Of a stretch of DNA of 64,000 nucleotides, positions 39,186 to 48,167 are shown piece by piece. The translations under genes and the position numbers were made by a program. The stretch comes from an uncultured Oscillospiraceae bacterium (lineage in GTDB: Bacteria; Bacillota; Clostridia; Oscillospirales; Oscillospiraceae), in the NCBI GenBank assembly GCA_964535405.1, contig CAZHUG010000004.1, positions 7,392 through 71,391 of the forward strand, read 5' to 3'. Under the pieces are notes generated by a model. It had not been told where the DNA came from and made no database searches. It saw nothing but the letters and a program-made list of their open reading frames with translations. Numbering within the stretch: the stretch's first letter is position 1; every line of letters begins with the position of its first letter.

Positions 39186-40469
39186 TTATTTTCCAAGCGC
39201 GGCCTGCGCTGCTGTTATAAACACATCAAACGCGGCCTGGGCATCCATGACACCAAGCGCAACGTTCTGTACCATCTTGTCGATTTCGGTACGCACATTG
39301 TTCGCACCGAGTACGCTTGGCAGCATGCCGACATATTCCAGCTCCTCGTTCAGAGCCTTGATAGCCATATTGCTCTGGGCAAAGACCTGGAACTCATCAG
39401 TCTCTGCCGCATCCTTGAAGACAGGAACGCTGCCGAAGCCGATGGCCCAGTCGACAACTACCTCCGCGGATGTAAAGTGCTTTATGAAGTCGTAAGCACC
39501 CCGGGCGCTTGCGTCGTCCGTGCTCAGGCATACCATGTTGTTGCCCCACTGGGAAATATATTTTTCGGGTCCCTGCTGGGGAATGGGAACGCAGCCCATC
39601 TCAAAAGCGTCACCAACGGCCGCCTCGACATAGCTGACGCCGGCACTCGAGCCGATATAGGAGGCGACAGCCTGACTGCCAAAGGGATTGGAGAAAAACA
39701 CATCCTCGCCCACCAGGCGGAAATAGCCTTCCTTGACTCCGTCGGCAAACCAATTGAGCTGTTCAATGGCAATTGCCTCATCAATGTCCATGCTCATATT
39801 TGCGGCATCGATGTAACCGCTGCCCGCCTGCTTTATAAGGCACTGGTATGTGTCGGTCACAGAATCTGTGCCAAAACCGGGGATTCCCTCGTTTTCAAAT
39901 ATCAGCTTACTATATTTTTCAACATCATCCCAGGTTTCAGGCGCTTGCAGATCATATTTATCGAACATGCTCTTGTTGTAGAAGAGAACCTCTCCGACTG
40001 TGGTGCAGGGGAAAAAATAGATATGCTCCTCGCCCCACTGTGTCAGCTCCGCATACTGTCCGGCAGACATGTTGTCCCTGAAGTTTGGAAGCCCAATCTC
40101 AGGATCATTTATAAAAGGCGCAAAGTCCACCAACAAATCCTCAGTAAAATAGTTGATGGCGTCAGACGGGAACATATTCACGATATCAGGGCCTGTGCCG
40201 TTGCGGACCGCCTGCATCAGCTTTTCATTAAACTCGTTATAGGGCTGCTGCTCGGCAACCAGCTCATACTGATCCTGAGATTCATTATAGGTGGCGATAA
40301 TTTCCTGAAGAGCCTGCTCATGCTGGTCAGAATAAGTATGCCAGTAGACAACCTTCACCTTTTCGCCGGGATTTTTTTCACCGTCTCCGCCGGTTCCTCC
40401 GCAGGCAGTCAGCAAGGTCAGCAGCATAATCACGCACATCAAGGCCGTAAAAATTCTTTTTTTACTCAT
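39186..40469 (-). CDS. ABC transporter substrate-binding lipoprotein
   Basis: Signal peptide with lipobox LLTACGG; family-1 SBP-like. Confidence 0.85.
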   Translation of the reverse strand: MSKKRIFTALMCVIMLLTLLTACGGTGGDGEKNPGEKVKVVYWHTYSDQHEQALQEIIATYNESQDQYELVAEQQPYNEFNEKLMQAVRNGTGPDIVNMFPSDAINYFTEDLLVDFAPFINDPEIGLPNFRDNMSAGQYAELTQWGEEHIYFFPCTTVGEVLFYNKSMFDKYDLQAPETWDDVEKYSKLIFENEGIPGFGTDSVTDTYQCLIKQAGSGYIDAANMSMDIDEAIAIEQLNWFADGVKEGYFRLVGEDVFFSNPFGSQAVASYIGSSAGVSYVEAAVGDAFEMGCVPIPQQGPEKYISQWGNNMVCLSTDDASARGAYDFIKHFTSAEVVVDWAIGFGSVPVFKDAAETDEFQVFAQSNMAIKALNEELEYVGMLPSVLGANNVRTEIDKMVQNVALGVMDAQAAFDVFITAAQAALGK

Positions 40470-40517
40470 TTCTTCCCCTCCATCAATATAATTGTTTTGT
40501 GTTTTTGCGAATTTTGC

Positions 40518-41315
40518 TTATATTGTGTTCAAAAAATCCGCCAGTTCTTCCAGCGTCGCAAGCTCAATGTCGCATTCATGGTGCGACACGCGCTCAAACG
40601 GGTTCATCCAAGCCGTCCGTCCGCCGCATTGGGCAATGGGCATCAGGTCATTGTAGGCATGGTCGCCGATTGCCAGCACCGTCTCCGGAGCCCTGAATAA
40701 ATTTGGGTCAAATTCCTCAAGTCTGGCGATCATCCCATGCGGTTTATTCGCGCTGCAGAATAAGTGCGGGAACAGGCCGTCATAGCCTAGCTGATGCAAG
40801 AATTCTTGTGCTGTCTGTTCATAGGAATTGCTCATCAGCAGTACACGGCGGCGCTCGCAAAGCTTAGAGATTGCCTGCTTGAGCCTTTCGTTTCCGCTCA
40901 TCCTGTCCCGCTCCATCTGTGTGCGGGTTCTTCGATACACGGAGTCGGCGCGCCCGCCCTCCAACAGGCCGAGGCTCTTTCCTATGAAGGTTACCAGCGC
41001 CCAGGCATCACCCAGATAGATGATGTCCTGCCGCTCCAGCGCCTGGGAGTAGGCAAGCGTTTCGCAAAGCTGTTCCCCCAGCTTTGTGAATAGCTCCCCG
41101 GCCGTTCGTGGAGCGAGTGGAGCCACACGATAAAAGCGGTTCATTTCGAGTATCTCACCGTCAAACACCCGTCGGGTAAACTGAACCAGCTCACCCTCCC
41201 AGTCTGAGTATTTTGTGTCCTGCGTGAGAAAATGCAAATAATCCTTATAGAACTCCAGGTTTTGATAAATCGTCCCGTCCAGATCGAATACCACGGTCTT
41301 AATATTTTGAATCAT
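40518..41315 (-). CDS. HAD-superfamily hydrolase
   Basis: VVFDLDGTIY motif I; GDHAYND motif IV. Confidence 0.75.
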   Translation of the reverse strand: MIQNIKTVVFDLDGTIYQNLEFYKDYLHFLTQDTKYSDWEGELVQFTRRVFDGEILEMNRFYRVAPLAPRTAGELFTKLGEQLCETLAYSQALERQDIIYLGDAWALVTFIGKSLGLLEGGRADSVYRRTRTQMERDRMSGNERLKQAISKLCERRRVLLMSNSYEQTAQEFLHQLGYDGLFPHLFCSANKPHGMIARLEEFDPNLFRAPETVLAIGDHAYNDLMPIAQCGGRTAWMNPFERVSHHECDIELATLEELADFLNTI

Positions 41316-41608
41316 ACAAGCCCCCCAGTCAGAGGATTCTCTCTATTTCGATTATAGCATATACTCTATTGAAATCTTTTTACGTTTTGGTGTAATTATT
41401 TACACTTTGCATTATCAATTACCTGAACAAACACATTCCTCAAATTTTCCATGGTGGGGCTCATTCCAATATGCCTGAGTTTTACGCCATAGGGTGTGGA
41501 TAGATATAGGGGAAAAACGCCTGCTCTGACATCGGATTTAAAAGGACGCACAATACTCTACTATCAAGTATGTGCGTCCTTCTCGATTGCGGCTCTGCTT
41601 ATTTAATC

Positions 41609-42565
41609 CTATTTCACTGTAATCGGGGGAAGTCCGGCACCTTCACGAACATCGTTTATGGTGATGAGCGCGCCTTCATAAATATCAACAGACGGCTTGT
41701 ATCCGAGCTCTTCCTCCTCAACGGTGGTATCGAACTTCCAGGCGAGATCCATCTCGCCCGGAACCGTTGTAATCTGAGCATCAGGAATCAGCTTGCGGAC
41801 ATAATCCACCAAATCCATCATGGGAATGAATTGACCCGTGACATTGTACGCTGCGCGCTTGTAGGGCATATCACAGGCAAGTATCGTGGCTCGTGCCGCG
41901 TCCTCAACATAAACAAAATTCGGCGTGTCAGTCGCGTTATCAACGACCGAGGGTATACCCAGCGCAGGATCGTTGAGCGTATACTTAATATAATTTGCTC
42001 CACCTCTTCTGCGCCCCTTGCCATATATGACTGTGTAACGCAAGCCAATGCACTCAAGTCCATAATTTTGGTAGTAGAATTCGCCCATAAACTCGTTTAG
42101 ATCCTTGATTTTGCCATAGATAGTAACGGGGTGATGCGGAGCGTCGTTTGGAACATATTCATAAGGCAGATGACTGGCAGTGCCGATGGCACTGTTTGAG
42201 CTGGCCCAGACCACGCGCTTGATGCCGCATATTTTTGCAGCCTCGAAGACGTTGAGTGTTCCCAAAATGTTCGTCTGAACGCCCTTGATAGGATTCTTGT
42301 TGCAATCGGCAAGAAGCAGTCCGGCCGGATGAAAAATCACGTCAATTTTCTCCGCTTGGCAGACATGGACAAGGCTTATCACATCGGTGATATCTCCTTC
42401 CGCGTAGACAAGGGCATCGATTTGCTCCTTGCTTAGAATCTCGCTCATGGAGTTGGCAGAGGGCTTTGATCGGCTGAAACAGACGACCTTATCCCCGCGC
42501 TCAAGCAGCTGCTTTGCGACATATGTTCCCAGAAAACCCGTACCCCCAGTGATAAGATAATTCAT
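41609..42565 (-). CDS. NAD-dependent epimerase/dehydratase (extended SDR)
   Basis: ITGGTGFLGTYV; YGKIK-like catalytic YxxxK. Confidence 0.8.
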   Translation of the reverse strand: MNYLITGGTGFLGTYVAKQLLERGDKVVCFSRSKPSANSMSEILSKEQIDALVYAEGDITDVISLVHVCQAEKIDVIFHPAGLLLADCNKNPIKGVQTNILGTLNVFEAAKICGIKRVVWASSNSAIGTASHLPYEYVPNDAPHHPVTIYGKIKDLNEFMGEFYYQNYGLECIGLRYTVIYGKGRRRGGANYIKYTLNDPALGIPSVVDNATDTPNFVYVEDAARATILACDMPYKRAAYNVTGQFIPMMDLVDYVRKLIPDAQITTVPGEMDLAWKFDTTVEEEELGYKPSVDIYEGALITINDVREGAGLPPITVK

Positions 42566-42947
42566 AATTCCATCCTTTCTATTTTGACTTGTTTGCTAAT
42601 AACGTGGCCGACCTTGACTCGAGCACTCTGCTTTTTCACCCCCCTGAAGCGTGGATGTTGTACATCAGGCTTGAAAAACTCCCGAGATTTTGTGTTTTTC
42701 TTATATTTAGACTTTACAGGTGTGTGAAACAAATGACAAGTACGCACTTTCGAGTTAGTGCTTACTTTAAAGTGCGCTCTTGTCCTATTATTTTTAGGTA
42801 TTATGTTGAACCACAATCGGGCGAGCTGTCTCGGGCAAAAAAGAATTGCCAGCCTGATAGAAACAGACCGGCAATTCACAAAACCGAAGCCCAGCACGGC
42901 GGGTTCGGTTTGGAGAGGAGGAGCAACAAAATGAGTGCGCTCCAACT

Positions 42948-42989
42948 TATAAAATAAGTCGGAGCAAACGACATGACGTTTGCTCCGAC
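42948..42989 (-). terminator. Native terminator of the disrupted tRNA gene
   Basis: 12-bp hairpin GTCGGAGCAAAC / GTTTGCTCCGAC, then TTATTTTAT on the minus strand, directly after the CCA end. Confidence 0.7.
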
Positions 42990-42990
42990 G

Positions 42991-43056
42991 TGGCGGAGAG
43001 TCAGGGATTCGAACCCTGGGTGGTTTGACCCACACGACATTTCGAGCCGTTAAACT
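42991..43056 (-). tRNA. 3' remnant of a tRNA-Ser-like gene (attachment-site copy); not an intact tRNA
   Basis: Minus strand reads variable arm GTGG-GTCAAA-CCAC, T arm CAGGG-TTCGAAT-CCCTG, acceptor ACTCTCC, discriminator G, then CCA. There is no D arm and no GGAGAGT 5' strand upstream. Confidence 0.6.
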
Positions 43057-43320
43057 AATGGCACAGCACTCCGCAGATCATCACGATTCATCACGGGAAA
43101 AATCGCTGCAAACCCCATGTGTTCAAGGGGTTTAACGCCAAAAACCCTGACCACTCAAGGGCTTGATAGCACACAAGCAAGTCGATAGAATTTCGAGCGG
43201 AAACATACTCATTTTGCCGATCATCTGCATAATTGCAAGAAAAGTGCAAGATGGAATTACCCGCAACTAAAATATTTTCTCCTTTCTGCCGTCGGCAAAC
43301 AACAGAAAGGAAGAATTAAT

Positions 43321-43788
43321 ATGACACAGGAACAACTCCGAAATAAGCTGGAAAAGCAATTTAAAAAGTATCCTGACTGCGTTTTTGCTGAGGAAGTATC
43401 TCAGATGCTCCGCCTTGGTATTAATACAGTTTATAATATGCTAAGGGGTAACCTAATCTCCTGCTACATTATAGCAGGAAAATATCATGTAGCCAAGCAC
43501 GATGTAATTGAATTTATTCTTGCCAGCGGATACACCGAGGGCATTTCACCAACGAATCAGCGCAAGGAAATCCAGCGATATTGTACAAAGCAGCCCAGAA
43601 CCGCCACCGAGATTGCGAGAATGCTGAGCATGTCTACCCAATACTGCCGCAAGGTGCTGCTGGTGCCCATGTGCCGTGAAAAACTGCTATCATCTTATGT
43701 TTCCTCTGGAAATGACCGTTACAAGGGCGTTGTATTGTATCAGTACAAGAAACCAAAGCAGTCCAAAGGGAGCAGTCAGGATGAGTAA
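43321..43788 (+). CDS. Excisionase-type helix-turn-helix DNA-binding protein
   Basis: FAEEVSQMLRLGINTVYNMLRGNLISCYIIAGKYHVAKHDVIEFI. Confidence 0.55.
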   Translation: MTQEQLRNKLEKQFKKYPDCVFAEEVSQMLRLGINTVYNMLRGNLISCYIIAGKYHVAKHDVIEFILASGYTEGISPTNQRKEIQRYCTKQPRTATEIARMLSMSTQYCRKVLLVPMCREKLLSSYVSSGNDRYKGVVLYQYKKPKQSKGSSQDE

Positions 43789-44347
43789 ACACTCTTACCT
43801 GAAGCGCCAATATTCCGCAACTCTAACACTGGATGAGATGCGTAAGATTTTACATATCAGCAAGCGCAAGGCCAGTTATATGCTCAAAAACGGCTATATA
43901 CCTTGTGAAGACAGCGGAAAGAAAACAAGAAATTTCCGAATCAAGCTGAAGGATGTTATTTTTTATCTGGAGGACGTTGGTAACTACCCGGAAAAGTACA
44001 TATTCCCCAGCGGTGCATTTTCCAGCAAATCTCCAAACAAATGTGCTGAATGGGGCAGTACGTTGCCAACAGGAGAATTCCGACTCTGGCTGGAGGACAT
44101 GTGGTACAACGCACCTGATGCTATGACGATAACAGAATTAACGCAGTTGACAGGGTATACTTCCACCACGTATCAGAAGTGGATTTCAGAAGGAAAAATC
44201 AAAAGCATTTCACATTACAATAAAGCTGTAATCGCTAAGGAATGGCTGATCGATTTTTACTGCAAGGACGGTTTCACTATCATCCGGAGATCTAAGGAAC
44301 ATCAAAAAATGCTGAGCAGCTTTTTTGAAGAATGTAGTGTTAAATAA
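43781..44347 (+). CDS. Excisionase-type helix-turn-helix DNA-binding protein (paralogous architecture)
   Basis: Start at ATG 43781, overlapping the previous stop. TLDEMRKILHISKRKASYMLKNGYIPC...FRIKLKDVIFYL, and a second HTH-like segment ITELTQLTGYTSTTYQKWI. Confidence 0.5.
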   Translation: MSKHSYLKRQYSATLTLDEMRKILHISKRKASYMLKNGYIPCEDSGKKTRNFRIKLKDVIFYLEDVGNYPEKYIFPSGAFSSKSPNKCAEWGSTLPTGEFRLWLEDMWYNAPDAMTITELTQLTGYTSTTYQKWISEGKIKSISHYNKAVIAKEWLIDFYCKDGFTIIRRSKEHQKMLSSFFEECSVK

Positions 44348-44366
44348 AACCATACTTATATCCTGA

Positions 44367-44410
44367 AAATTAAAGGTAAACCGGAGCATGCTCGGTTTGC
44401 CTTTAATTTT
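44367..44410 (+). terminator. Intrinsic terminator after the HTH gene pair
   Basis: Roughly 20-bp imperfect hairpin AAATTAAAGGTAAACCGGAGC / GCTCGGTTTGCCTTTAATTT followed by T residues. Confidence 0.6.
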
Positions 44411-44591
44411 CACAGTTCATAGACCTTTCTGTCTGCGTGAATGCAAGGAAAGATTATCCGTGTGCCTAATCACTGAAAACATTGTATGTATTCGATTTCG
44501 CCAATTTTTCTATCAATTCGCCCTATTCTAAAATTATCCGACAAAATCGAACTTCCAGCAAGGATATATCAAAATGAACCAGAATCGTTTT

Positions 44592-44636
44592 GTGTCGAAA
44601 TAAATTTACGGATGATCCGTAAATTTATTTCGACAC
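44592..44636. repeat. Perfect 22-bp inverted repeat (operator candidate or insulating hairpin)
   Basis: GTGTCGAAATAAATTTACGGAT g ATCCGTAAATTTATTTCGACAC, ending 3 nt before the -35 box. Confidence 0.8.
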
Positions 44637-44639
44637 TTG

Positions 44640-44668
44640 TTGACTTGATGCTTTATGGTGGGTATAAT
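44640..44668 (+). promoter_or_regulatory. Consensus SigA promoter of the defence gene pair
   Basis: TTGACT (44640-44645), 17-nt spacer, TATAAT (44663-44668), with a TGG upstream of -10. Confidence 0.7.
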
Positions 44669-44690
44669 AACGATGAAAGAGGGTGGCAGC

Positions 44691-45788
44691 ATGTTAAAGA
44701 TGTTTGCAGTTACAGGCTTTAAGAATTTTGAAAATAAGATCCAGCTAGATTTCTCTGATGTTCGGGATTATAAATTTAATAGCTCCTGCGTCATAGATGG
44801 CTTGCTCGGCAAGATCATCGTTTATGGAAAAAACTCTGTAGGTAAGACTAATCTTGGCCTGGCTCTTTTTGATATTGTCTCACACATGACAACAAACAAT
44901 GTGACTCCGGGATTGTATGACTATTATTTGAATGTAAATAACAAGGCTGGATACGCAGAGTTTCATTATGTATTCAATTTTGACAGTGATGAGATAGATT
45001 ACCGCTACCGCAAAAATGACAAGCAAACACTTATATCTGAATCCATTGCAATTAACGGGAAGCGCCTTTTCACTTACGATTACGAGGACAATCGAGGTGA
45101 TTTGACTGGACTTGAGGCATTAACCACAACGCTGAACCTTTCCTTCCGTGGCAACGATTCCATCCTGAAATATGCCATCAATAATTCGGCACTTCCGGAC
45201 GAGCATCCGCTCTATCGAATGCGGCGTTTTGTTTCCCAAATGCTCTGGTTCCGTAGTTTGGATGAAAACCGTTATATTGGATATAAAGCGGATAGTAAGG
45301 ATTATTATGATTTCATTTTTAAGAAAGATATGCTCAAAGAGCTGGAGTCTTTTCTGCACAAGGCGGGTATTAACGAAAAGTTGGTTGCAAAAAAAGATGC
45401 TGATGGAATCGAGCGGCTGTACTTTGATACCAGAAAACCGCTACCATTTTTTAAAGTTGCGTCCAGCGGCACTAAAGCGCTTTACACTTTTTTCTATTGG
45501 TACAAGACTTCTGCCGACGTTTCCTTGATGTTCATTGACGAATTTGACGCATTCTATCATTATGAGCTGGCGGAAACGCTTGTTGAGCTTCTGGAGCACA
45601 TGCCCGGTTTTCAGACTATTCTCACCTCACATAATACAAATTTGCTTTCCAATCGTATTATGCGTCCAGATTGCTACTTTATCTTGACCCGAGAGAAGCT
45701 TACTTCGTTTGCCAATGCCACCGACAGGGAGCTTCGGGAGGGACATAATTTAGAGAAGCTTTATATGAGCGGTGAGTTTAATGGCTGA
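44691..45788 (+). CDS. AAA_15/21 (ABC-type) ATPase, AbiLi-like
   Basis: Start at ATG 44691. Walker A GKNSVGKTN, Walker B LMFIDEFDAFYH, and SHNTNLL. Confidence 0.7.
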   Translation: MLKMFAVTGFKNFENKIQLDFSDVRDYKFNSSCVIDGLLGKIIVYGKNSVGKTNLGLALFDIVSHMTTNNVTPGLYDYYLNVNNKAGYAEFHYVFNFDSDEIDYRYRKNDKQTLISESIAINGKRLFTYDYEDNRGDLTGLEALTTTLNLSFRGNDSILKYAINNSALPDEHPLYRMRRFVSQMLWFRSLDENRYIGYKADSKDYYDFIFKKDMLKELESFLHKAGINEKLVAKKDADGIERLYFDTRKPLPFFKVASSGTKALYTFFYWYKTSADVSLMFIDEFDAFYHYELAETLVELLEHMPGFQTILTSHNTNLLSNRIMRPDCYFILTREKLTSFANATDRELREGHNLEKLYMSGEFNG

Positions 45789-46509
45789 CGAAAAACAAAA
45801 GATCCTCGTATTGGTGGAAGGCGAAAAAACAGATGTTGTGGTAATGCAGCGGTTATTGCATCTTTATCAAATTGATGTTAAGTATGAGATCATCTCCTAT
45901 TGCACAAATATCTATACACTCTACCGAGAGATGTTTGAGAATAATGATCCCGCAGATATGGATTTGCTTCAATTGCTGAAATCTCGGGAGCCCAATCCTG
46001 AAAATAAAGCCCTGTTTGACGATACCTATTCTGATATGCTTCTGATTTTTGACCTTGATCCGCATGACCCCGGCTTCATGCCGGAGAAAATCAACAGCAT
46101 GACGGAGTACTTTGTGGAATCCTCTGATATGGGAAAGCTGTATATCAATTACCCAATGGTAGAAGCGTTCTACCACATGGCGTCCATTCCCGATCCAGAC
46201 TTTTATTCCTACTACACGTCGCTTGATGAGCTGTTTGCTGGGGAATACAAGGCGCGTGTCAATCGAGAAAATCGAAATCATGACTATCGTAAATTTGCTG
46301 CAACAAAAGAAGAGTGCAATATTGTCATTGGACAAAACATGATCAAGGCATGGCAGATTGTCGGCAGCGATCCGGGAGAAGACCTGCTTCCTACGCAAAT
46401 TGAGATACTTGCAGGTCAGCTAAATTCCATAGAGAGCCACAGGCGCGTTGCTGTATTAAGTACCTGCGCATTTTTTATTCCGGAGTACAATCCCAAGTTG
46501 ATACGTTAA
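45781..46509 (+). CDS. RloB-like (Toprim/OLD-clan) protein, AbiLii-like
   Basis: ATG 45781 overlaps the ATPase stop (ATGGCTGA). N-terminal ILVLVEGEKTDVV matches the RloB EGEKTE motif. Confidence 0.6.
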   Translation: MADEKQKILVLVEGEKTDVVVMQRLLHLYQIDVKYEIISYCTNIYTLYREMFENNDPADMDLLQLLKSREPNPENKALFDDTYSDMLLIFDLDPHDPGFMPEKINSMTEYFVESSDMGKLYINYPMVEAFYHMASIPDPDFYSYYTSLDELFAGEYKARVNRENRNHDYRKFAATKEECNIVIGQNMIKAWQIVGSDPGEDLLPTQIEILAGQLNSIESHRRVAVLSTCAFFIPEYNPKLIR

Positions 46510-46645
46510 GCTCTTGCTACATAAACAGAAGCATTGTCTAAACTTTCTGCTTCAAGGTAGTCTTTGTTTTGTCGTGAAGGAGTACGTGAGAAGTGTTATA
46601 TGCTTGTTTGCGGCGTCCCTCTTATAGCTTTCAGAGACAGTCTAA

Positions 46646-46677
46646 GGCTCGTACAGAAATGTACGGGTCTTTTTTTA
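46646..46677 (+). terminator. Intrinsic terminator of the defence pair
   Basis: GGCTCGTACA gaaa TGTACGGGTC followed by TTTTTTT. Confidence 0.7.
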
Positions 46678-46706
46678 TTTCAGAGAAAAATGAAGGGAGA
46701 ACATGT

Positions 46707-47378
46707 ATGGATACAACAAAATACTTTGCAGAGCTTTCCCGTATCCTTGGCAAAAACGGAATCGAAACAGCGCCGCCGGAGAAGAACACCCTCCCCATCC
46801 TACTCAATGGTCACCCTGCCTGCCGTGTGGGGCCCAGCGGAGGATTATGCAAATTCCCCAGCGACTTGGGCAGCCCCGAAGCCAGTGATTTGTACTTTAA
46901 GGTCGCGCCCATTTCAAGAATGGTAAAAGAATATATGATGGCGATGGAGCAATCTCCCCTGCTCGAAGCCACAGCGCTGGATGAAGAATTCCGGCTGCTG
47001 GCCGAGTTTAATGGAGCTGTCCTTGCTGGTCGGGAAACCCAGTATGGCTATAAATTTGTCACATGGGAACACGACTATGAAGGAACCGGCGTCATGTGGG
47101 GGCATTATTACATGGACAACTATACGGGCGCAAAGCAGGACTTTGCCATCCGAGCCGGCCTGATCGAAAAACAGCGCCTGTTCACCAATGAACAGCTTAT
47201 CGACATCTATCAAAGCGCGAACGATACCTTTGATGCAGGCTACGAGCTGACGGAGAAAGATGCCCAGCAGCTGACCGATATTCAACAGCAAATCGAAGCG
47301 ATCATCCCCGATATCAACCAGCAGATTTATGAGATGACAGAAGAAAGCCTGCGGAGGTCTCAGGAACAATCCATGTAA
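46707..47378 (+). CDS. Hypothetical ICE protein
   Basis: Start at ATG 46707 after GAAGGGAG. Ends ...RRSQEQSM. Confidence 0.6.
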   Translation: MDTTKYFAELSRILGKNGIETAPPEKNTLPILLNGHPACRVGPSGGLCKFPSDLGSPEASDLYFKVAPISRMVKEYMMAMEQSPLLEATALDEEFRLLAEFNGAVLAGRETQYGYKFVTWEHDYEGTGVMWGHYYMDNYTGAKQDFAIRAGLIEKQRLFTNEQLIDIYQSANDTFDAGYELTEKDAQQLTDIQQQIEAIIPDINQQIYEMTEESLRRSQEQSM

Positions 47379-47400
47379 AATATAATAAGCCCTATATCAA

Positions 47401-47447
47401 GGCGGAGTCCGCGGTCGCACAGACCGTATAGACTCCGCCTTTTTTTA
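47401..47447 (+). terminator. Intrinsic terminator
   Basis: GGCGGAGTC ... GACTCCGCC followed by TTTTTTT. Confidence 0.7.
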
Positions 47448-47477
47448 TTTTAGGGCAAAAAGAAAGGACCATACGTC

Positions 47478-48167
47478 ATGTCCAGATATTTTATGAGAGA
47501 TACCAATCTGGCGGGACTGGAAGCCGCCATGATGCTCCCGCCATTGTTTAAGCCGCGTCAGAGTGGAATTGCCATCTTAAACCGATTTCGCTACACAAAG
47601 GAATCCACCGATTGCCGAGATTGCACGCAGTGGCAAAAGAAAGAATGCAGCGCAGAGCGCTGTCCATGGCTGGCAGAGAGACTGGAGGCCGGCAACATAA
47701 GCTACGGAGAACTGCTGAAGGAATGCTTTCGTGATTTGAATGATAAGCGCTTTCAGGTTAGGCTCCAGCGTCTCGCAAGAAAATTCTATGGCAGCCTATT
47801 TAAAGACAAGGGGCATCAGCGCCGCTTTGAGCTTGCGAAAAACAGCCTTCGAATCCTGTTTGGCAAAACTCCCGACTGCCATATCGCCGCTCTGTTTTTA
47901 TTAACGGTAGATGAAAAGCTCTGGCAGCTTACAAAAAACGCTGCCACTGAAAAGGCCATCCGTTTTGAGCATATCAAGCTCAGCGGAATCGGCACAGATG
48001 GCTATACGCTCTTTCAGATGGCAAGGACGCTCTCCACCGGGCAGTCAAAAATCACCGTTTACGAGCTTGCGGATGCTGAACTCATTTCTGATCCTCTGCT
48101 GGCGGTTCTGGTGGGTGCCATGCTCATTGCCCGGTTCGGTCCAAATGTTTTGGAGGCGAAGAAATGA
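47478..48167 (+). CDS. Hypothetical ICE protein with a Cys cluster
   Basis: CRDCTQWQKKECSAERCPW. Confidence 0.55.
   Translation: MSRYFMRDTNLAGLEAAMMLPPLFKPRQSGIAILNRFRYTKESTDCRDCTQWQKKECSAERCPWLAERLEAGNISYGELLKECFRDLNDKRFQVRLQRLARKFYGSLFKDKGHQRRFELAKNSLRILFGKTPDCHIAALFLLTVDEKLWQLTKNAATEKAIRFEHIKLSGIGTDGYTLFQMARTLSTGQSKITVYELADAELISDPLLAVLVGAMLIARFGPNVLEAKK

Noticed and set aside
39477-40700. 407-aa + strand ORF opposite the SBP gene. Also 25339..26145, 26481..27392, 23681..24316, 10553..11260, 11362..11880 and 38308..38991
   Set aside because: These are antisense shadows of well-supported genes.
42911-42957. Eight-codon ORF MSALQLIK behind a very strong GGAGAGGAGGAG
   Set aside because: It is too short and overlaps the T-run of the tRNA terminator. 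There is no evidence for a leader-peptide function.
42562-43035. ORFs 42562..43035 (-) and 42589..42957 (+) in the gap between the epimerase gene and the tRNA remnant
   Set aside because: The minus ORF reads through the tRNA remnant and its terminator. Both lack an SD and have odd composition, so the region is better explained as promoter or intergenic DNA.
42991-43085. Possibility that an intact tRNA-Ser is encoded here
   Set aside because: Only the T arm, the variable arm and the 3' acceptor fold. No D stem can be formed. The 5' strand reads GGAGTGC, not GGAGAGT. The anticodon-like loop has C33.
44592-44668. Palindrome as a single-strand (Frpo-like) promoter
   Set aside because: The -35 and -10 boxes lie outside the hairpin and form a normal double-stranded promoter. 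The hairpin itself contains no promoter boxes.
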